From assembly GCA_018985225.1 (NCBI GenBank), contig JADGIF010000284.1:1-11757 (forward strand): 11,757 bases of DNA, in the 5' to 3' direction. Numbering within the stretch: position 1 is the stretch's first letter; every line of letters starts with the position of its first letter. Below the pieces are notes generated by a model, which had not been told where the DNA came from, did not search any database, and saw only the letters and a list, made by a program, of their open reading frames with translations. A program made the position numbers and the translations under genes. Below, piece by piece: positions 9,210 to 11,757 of the stretch. Origin of the DNA: Amoeboradix gromovi X-113. Taxonomy: Eukaryota > Fungi > Sanchytriomycota.

Positions 9210-9371
9210 GTAGCTTTTTCAGTAGTTTTACGTCGATACTACAAACCCATGATTTACAGAGGATGAAAAGCCTCAACTGTTAGAGCTCTTTACTATGTTG
9301 GTGGCCAAAAAGGCGCCGGCAATTTGTTTTCCTAAAGTTAAAAAGTTTGACATGTAAAATCTTCAACGGTG
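9210..9371 (+). ncRNA. Candidate Fanzor omega-RNA scaffold (guide would be host flank from ~9372)
   Basis: Lies between the Fanzor stop and the right element end, where TnpB/Fanzor guide scaffolds are encoded. Short stems: GTAGT 9222-9226/ACTAC 9238-9242 and ACAGAGG 9256-9262/CCT-caa-CTGT 9271-9280. Boundaries are inferred. Confidence 0.55.
9347..9371 (-). repeat. Right terminal inverted repeat
   Basis: Reverse complement is CACCGTTGAAGATTTTACATGTCAA. It differs from the left TIR only at positions 16 and 18; the outer 15 bp are perfect. Confidence 0.95.
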
Positions 9372-9420
9372 TAAAAGATATCGAAACCTCATCAAAAAGA
9401 GTACCCAATCTAGGTTATAG

Positions 9421-9750
9421 AAACTTACCATACTGTTAGATTGGCAATAGATCGTACTTAAGACCAGCAACTCAACAGAGGAGTTTAATAAATAAATAAA
9501 ATAGTTCCAATGTTGTCATCGGAACTGAAGGAGAACAGCTTTTTCCTGAACTGGCATACCATGCTAGCCGGGATATTTTACATTGGCACTTTGGTGTTTA
9601 AGATCTAGATGTCGTAAGTGGGTAGTGAAAAAAGTTATTAAAGAAAATTTCAAACTGAATAAAAAAGTAGCTCAAGGTATATGCGACATAAAATGGGACA
9701 TTTATCCCGAGTGGTCTAATTTAAAATCATTTTTGAAAGAGTTTCTCTAG
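9421..9750 (+). ncRNA. Candidate U1 spliceosomal snRNA, expanded (~330 nt)
   Basis: 5' AAACTTACC (5' splice-site recognition sequence). First stem-loop CTGTT 9433-9437/AACAG 9474-9478 with GATC in the loop. U1A-loop-like ATTGGCAC at 9582-9589. Long-range ACCAT 9427-9431/GTGGT 9711-9715. Sm site ATTTTTG 9729-9735, then terminal hairpin AGAG-TTT-CTCT 9738-9748. Several internal stems have G-U pairs that work only on the + strand. Confidence 0.6.
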
Positions 9751-9827
9751 TGTTAGTTTTGAAGTGTCATAACGCAGCGTAAATTATACGTCGTGAACAC
9801 CAAACAAATATTTCTTAGTCATCTCAT

Positions 9828-10823
9828 ATGTCAGAATGCTTATTAGTTCAAAACGCATTGACTCTTATGGACATTGTAATAAAACCTTACTCTTCAAACT
9901 GTTGTAATTCTCCTCAATACAGACTGAAATGCAACGGAAATCAACAAATTACCGAGCTATACTGGTCAGGTCTAGGTTTGAGTGGAAACCTAACGCTTAA
10001 TGGGCTTAACTCCTTGACCAAGGTTAGCTTAAGCGGAAATACAAACTTAACAGGCCTAAATGCCTTGTGCACATTTAACAGATTGACGTGGGTTGATGTC
10101 AGTGGTATACCTTCCCCAATGACATGTTTTCCTAGTAATATTCAGAACTTTTATGCCAGGAATGGACAACATACAACATTGCCAAACGATTGTGACAGAA
10201 AGCTACAAGTCTTGGATATTTCAGGAAATTCAATTTCAAAAATCCCTTGCTCCTCATGGCCATTGAAGCGATTATATGCATCAAAGAATGCGCTAACTTC
10301 AGATACCAACATGTGCCAATCTAGTATAGAAGCAGTTGATTTGTCATATAATAAGCTAGAGGCCTTGAGCTGTACCTGGTCTCAAGCTCGATTTATCAAA
10401 TTAAGAAACAACAAGTTAGATACTATCTCTAATTTTTGCGGCTCTTCAAATTTGCTCGTTTTGGATGCTAGCCTAAATAAATTAAAGAGCGTCACTTCTT
10501 GTATTCCTAATTTGCAGGAGCTGTCAATTGAAGGTAACCAAATAACCAATGTGACCGATGTTTTGTGCAGTAGCTCTAATTTGAAATTTTTGAACGCTGA
10601 CAACAATCAGCTGACGTGGATTCCAGATTGTGCTGTCTACAACAACGTCGAACTGTACGGAAGTGGAAACTCCATTACCTACTGGCCAACAAAAACCTTA
10701 ACTGCTGAAATTACTCAAGTAACCACAACTTTAAAAAAGAAAGGACCCAATATTCAGGAACAGGGAGAAAGTGCAAGCCATTTACTGTTTAATTATATAT
10801 TGCTGGTCTTCTTGTTTTTTTAA
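9828..10823 (+). CDS. Leucine-rich repeat protein with Cys-containing N-cap, Thr-rich stalk and hydrophobic (GPI-like/TM) C-terminus
   Basis: N-cap 'NCC..LKCNGNQQITELYWSGLGLSGNL', about ten LxxLxLxxNxL repeats (e.g. 'LQVLDISGNSI', 'IEAVDLSYNKL', 'LQELSIEGNQI'), 'TKTLTAEITQVTTT', and terminal 'LLFNYILLVFLFF'. Confidence 0.9.
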   Translation: MSECLLVQNALTLMDIVIKPYSSNCCNSPQYRLKCNGNQQITELYWSGLGLSGNLTLNGLNSLTKVSLSGNTNLTGLNALCTFNRLTWVDVSGIPSPMTCFPSNIQNFYARNGQHTTLPNDCDRKLQVLDISGNSISKIPCSSWPLKRLYASKNALTSDTNMCQSSIEAVDLSYNKLEALSCTWSQARFIKLRNNKLDTISNFCGSSNLLVLDASLNKLKSVTSCIPNLQELSIEGNQITNVTDVLCSSSNLKFLNADNNQLTWIPDCAVYNNVELYGSGNSITYWPTKTLTAEITQVTTTLKKKGPNIQEQGESASHLLFNYILLVFLFF

Positions 10824-11567
10824 ATAAACGTTTTTATGATAAAGCTCAATTACATCTTCTGTCCGTAACTCATGTAATCGCTTACTGTAAAAAGGATCTA
10901 GCTTGATTGACTTTCTAGGGCTTTTAGATAGTTCTCTCAAAAAAACCTCCATTTTATTAAAATCTATATCTTTACAGGTCAGTTTGCGAGTGAATTTTAC
11001 CATGGCGCCATCTACTTTGGGTATTGGGGAGAATACAGACTTATCCACTTTTTGAATGTACTCCACATCGCTAAATATCTGACTTAAAAAACTAAGCCTT
11101 CCTCTGTTTCTAGAACCTTGCCTGGCACATATTCGAAGGGCAACTTCTTTCTGAAACATAAATAACAAACCTTCAGGATTTAACCCAGAATTGTTGTGCA
11201 TATCATTAAGGCACTGTACCAATATTCTAGTTGACACGTTGAAGGGCAGATTTCCAACAATCCATGTTGGCAAATGACTGCTGGCTTTTTTCAATTTTAA
11301 ATAATCTCCCCAGATCACATTATAGTTGGTTAGAACAGGTTTTAATCTAACATCTTTTTCATATAAAACTAACTCTTTTGGATTTAGGTCTTTTAAGCAT
11401 GATGTAAATATTCCAATCCCTGGACCTACTTCTATCAATCTTTTATCGCTGAGGTCGGGTAAACTCTTTATTAGTTTTTTACATAAAACTTTATTAAATA
11501 TGAAGTTTTGACCAAGATCCGACAGTCTATTAATTCGATATAACTTCAGCAAGTCTTGAGAAAGCAT
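10782..11567 (-). CDS. TFB1M: KsgA/Dim1-family rRNA adenine dimethyltransferase, mitochondrial TFB1M/mtTFB-like
   Basis: 'LLKLYRI..LGQNF', SAM-binding 'IEVGPGIG', 'IVGNLPFNVST', 'MFQKEVALRI', 'RGRLS' and 'FSPIPKVD'. The N-terminus and NLPFxVST resemble TFB1M more than cytosolic Dim1; the family call is firm, the ortholog call less so. Confidence 0.82.
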   Translation of the reverse strand: MLSQDLLKLYRINRLSDLGQNFIFNKVLCKKLIKSLPDLSDKRLIEVGPGIGIFTSCLKDLNPKELVLYEKDVRLKPVLTNYNVIWGDYLKLKKASSHLPTWIVGNLPFNVSTRILVQCLNDMHNNSGLNPEGLLFMFQKEVALRICARQGSRNRGRLSFLSQIFSDVEYIQKVDKSVFSPIPKVDGAMVKFTRKLTCKDIDFNKMEVFLRELSKSPRKSIKLDPFYSKRLHELRTEDVIELYHKNVYLKKQEDQQYIIKQ

Positions 11568-11757
11568 TGGGACACACTCTGTAAAAAGTAGACTAGGGGT
11601 AAAAAGCGGGTGACGAGATTTACCCAGTTGAAATTTTCACAGTAGTGTCCCATATTTCTTCACCTAGGCAATAGGCGAACTCTCTTTATTTGTATAATCC
11701 CTTGTCTGCCATGTAGGTCTCCCACCATTCGCTAGCAAACTATCTACCACTTGAAGA

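Larger units (their letters stand above)
7839..9371 (+). mobile_element. Non-autonomous TIR DNA transposon (TA target, IS630/Tc1-mariner-like ends) carrying a Fanzor1 remnant
   Basis: 25-bp TIRs (23/25 identical), flanked by TA at 7837-7838 and 9372-9373; reconstructed empty site CTGATT-TA-AAAGAT. The interior is GC-richer than host genes (hand count: 36/60 GC at 8101-8160 vs 18/60 at 3301-3360). No DDE transposase ORF inside. Confidence 0.93.

Noticed and set aside
9405-9444. Hairpin CCAATCTAG/TTAGATTGG just outside the element
   Set aside because: It straddles the predicted U1 5' end and is incompatible with the U1 fold; treated as chance or relevant only to read-through transcripts.
10382-11511. 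ORFs 10382-10606 (-) and 11326-11511 (+)
   Set aside because: Antisense shadows of the LRR and methyltransferase genes.
11597-11608. GCUUUUUACC on the minus strand, resembling U5 loop I (GCCUUUUAC)
   Set aside because: It has a mismatch in the invariant loop, is paired within a stem rather than exposed, and has no downstream Sm site.
1-11757. CRISPR array, tRNA or rRNA genes
   Set aside because: No regularly spaced direct repeats, tRNA cloverleaf or rRNA-like sequence seen by eye.

Overview
AT-rich, very compact, apparently intron-free eukaryotic locus. An early-diverging fungus or similar reduced opisthokont is my inference from gene content and divergence. Host genes in order: eIF3a (+), Bub3 (+), an unknown basic protein (+), DCAF7/WDR68 (-), a small unknown ORF (-), dynactin p25/DCTN5 (-), an LRR protein with a GPI-like tail (+) and a KsgA/TFB1M-type rRNA dimethylase (-). 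The main accessory feature is a 1533-bp DNA transposon (7839-9371) with 25-bp terminal inverted repeats and a TA target-site duplication. It carries no transposase, only an internally deleted, frameshifted Fanzor1 (eukaryotic TnpB-like RNA-guided nuclease) gene followed by a candidate omega-RNA region. It sits in what was a ~120-bp divergent promoter between DCTN5 and a candidate U1 snRNA that is unusually long (~330 nt, 9421-9750). Other non-coding gaps also contain nested stems that may be unannotated structured RNAs. All family calls come from motif recognition by eye; no searches were run.
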